DNA of 64,000 nucleotides from an uncultured Gammaproteobacteria bacterium (GTDB lineage Bacteria; Pseudomonadota; Gammaproteobacteria; CAYGNG01): NCBI GenBank assembly GCA_964351225.1, contig CAYGNG010000011.1, positions 886 to 64,885 of the forward strand, read 5' to 3'. Shown piece by piece: positions 63,279 to 64,000 of this stretch (position 1 is its first letter; each line of letters starts with the position of its first letter). The notes under the pieces were generated by a model. It saw only the letters and a program-made list of their open reading frames with translations, ran no database searches and was not told where the DNA came from. The position numbers and the translations under genes were made by a program.

Positions 63279-63743
63279 TCAGTTATATTGCCATATGTAA
63301 AAGTTTAAGTAGCTTGCGAACAGAATCCAGAATAAATAAGGAAGCATCAGCAGCGATACCGCGCTCACTTTTTGGTAAGCTAACCATATTATTGTGCCGA
63401 CAAAAATATCCATGAGCCCCAAAACCACCAGGGAAAGTCCAGTTAAGTGGTAATGGAAGAATAAAGGTGTCCAGCTCCAGTTTAAAATGAGCTGGGCCAC
63501 GTATAATGTTTTGATAACACGTCGCTTAGGAAATGCTTGAGGCCGCCAAATGAGCCAGCCGCAAGCGCCAATAATTCCGTATAAAATAGTCCAGGCAACC
63601 GGAAAGACATAATTTGGTGGTGTTAGGAGGGCTCGATGTAGGGTGCTATACCAAATGCTAATCTCTGGCTTGGTCAAAGAGCCGATAATCCCACCAATCG
63701 TTATAAGCGCCACGATCCAGATGATTAAAGAAAGGAACTTTTT
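63279..63743 (-). CDS. tspO: TspO/MBR family tryptophan-rich sensory protein. The start is uncertain.
   Basis: Five transmembrane helices, Trp-rich, with WYSTLHRALLTPPNYVFPVAWTILY typical of TspO. The upstream ORF-track start at 63875 is probably an over-extension. Confidence 0.75.
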   Translation of the reverse strand, partial: KKFLSLIIWIVALITIGGIIGSLTKPEISIWYSTLHRALLTPPNYVFPVAWTILYGIIGACGWLIWRPQAFPKRRVIKTLYVAQLILNWSWTPLFFHYHLTGLSLVVLGLMDIFVGTIIWLAYQKVSAVSLLMLPYLFWILFASYLNFYIWQYN

Positions 63744-64000
63744 GTTTCCTGCATTCATAAACGATAGTCTCATCTTGGCTAGCTGGCCCTGGTGATCATA
63801 AATGGTTTTAAGTGACTTATCGACCGGCACGGGGTCGATGATTAAAAAGAAAGACCCACTGGGAATAAAAAGCAAATGTCAACAGGCCCTAGTAACCATT
63901 CACCCCAATCAGTCACTGCGCGACGGATTGGGGTAAATGGTTACCTATTGCGAAGCTCTTCGACTGAAAGCCCGGTGAGTACTGAGATTTTTTCAATATT

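Overview
This 64 kb window is a chromosomal replication-origin neighbourhood of a Legionellales-type gammaproteobacterium. I infer a Legionella-like organism from gene content and roughly 44-45% GC (an eyeball estimate), not from a database search. A conserved backbone runs through the window: glmS-glmU, the atpIBEFHAGDC operon, parB-parA-rsmG-mnmG, then mnmE-yidC-yidD-rnpA-rpmH, then dnaA-dnaN-recF-gyrB, and finally priA, an hsp20 gene and rpiA. Accessory genes interrupt the backbone at nearly every junction. Between glmU and glmS sits a hypothetical. Between atpI and parB sit a thioesterase-like hydrolase, a 1647-aa FAAL-ACP-KS-ACP-aminotransferase megasynthase and a disordered protein. Between rsmG and mnmG sits a hypothetical. 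Between mnmG and mnmE sit an IS66 remnant, an RR-GGDEF-EAL protein with AmpG, and two large hypotheticals. A CD39-like NTPDase lies between rpmH and dnaA, inside the DnaA-box/AT-rich origin region. A soluble histidine kinase lies between recF and gyrB. After gyrB come a LigT-like 2H phosphoesterase with a C-terminal membrane anchor, two tandem paralogous membrane proteins, a low-GC AAA+ ATPase cassette bracketed by ~400-bp direct repeats, a 512-aa hypothetical and a J-domain membrane protein. The window starts with a membrane-anchored DOT1-like SAM methyltransferase. A ~160-bp MITE-like element with ~27-bp terminal inverted repeats occurs in two full and two partial copies, and one copy supplies the C-terminus and stop codon of rsmG. 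No rRNA, tRNA or CRISPR array was found. The two most system-like candidates are the megasynthase/thioesterase pair, predicted to make a beta-amino fatty acid, and the repeat-flanked ATPase island.
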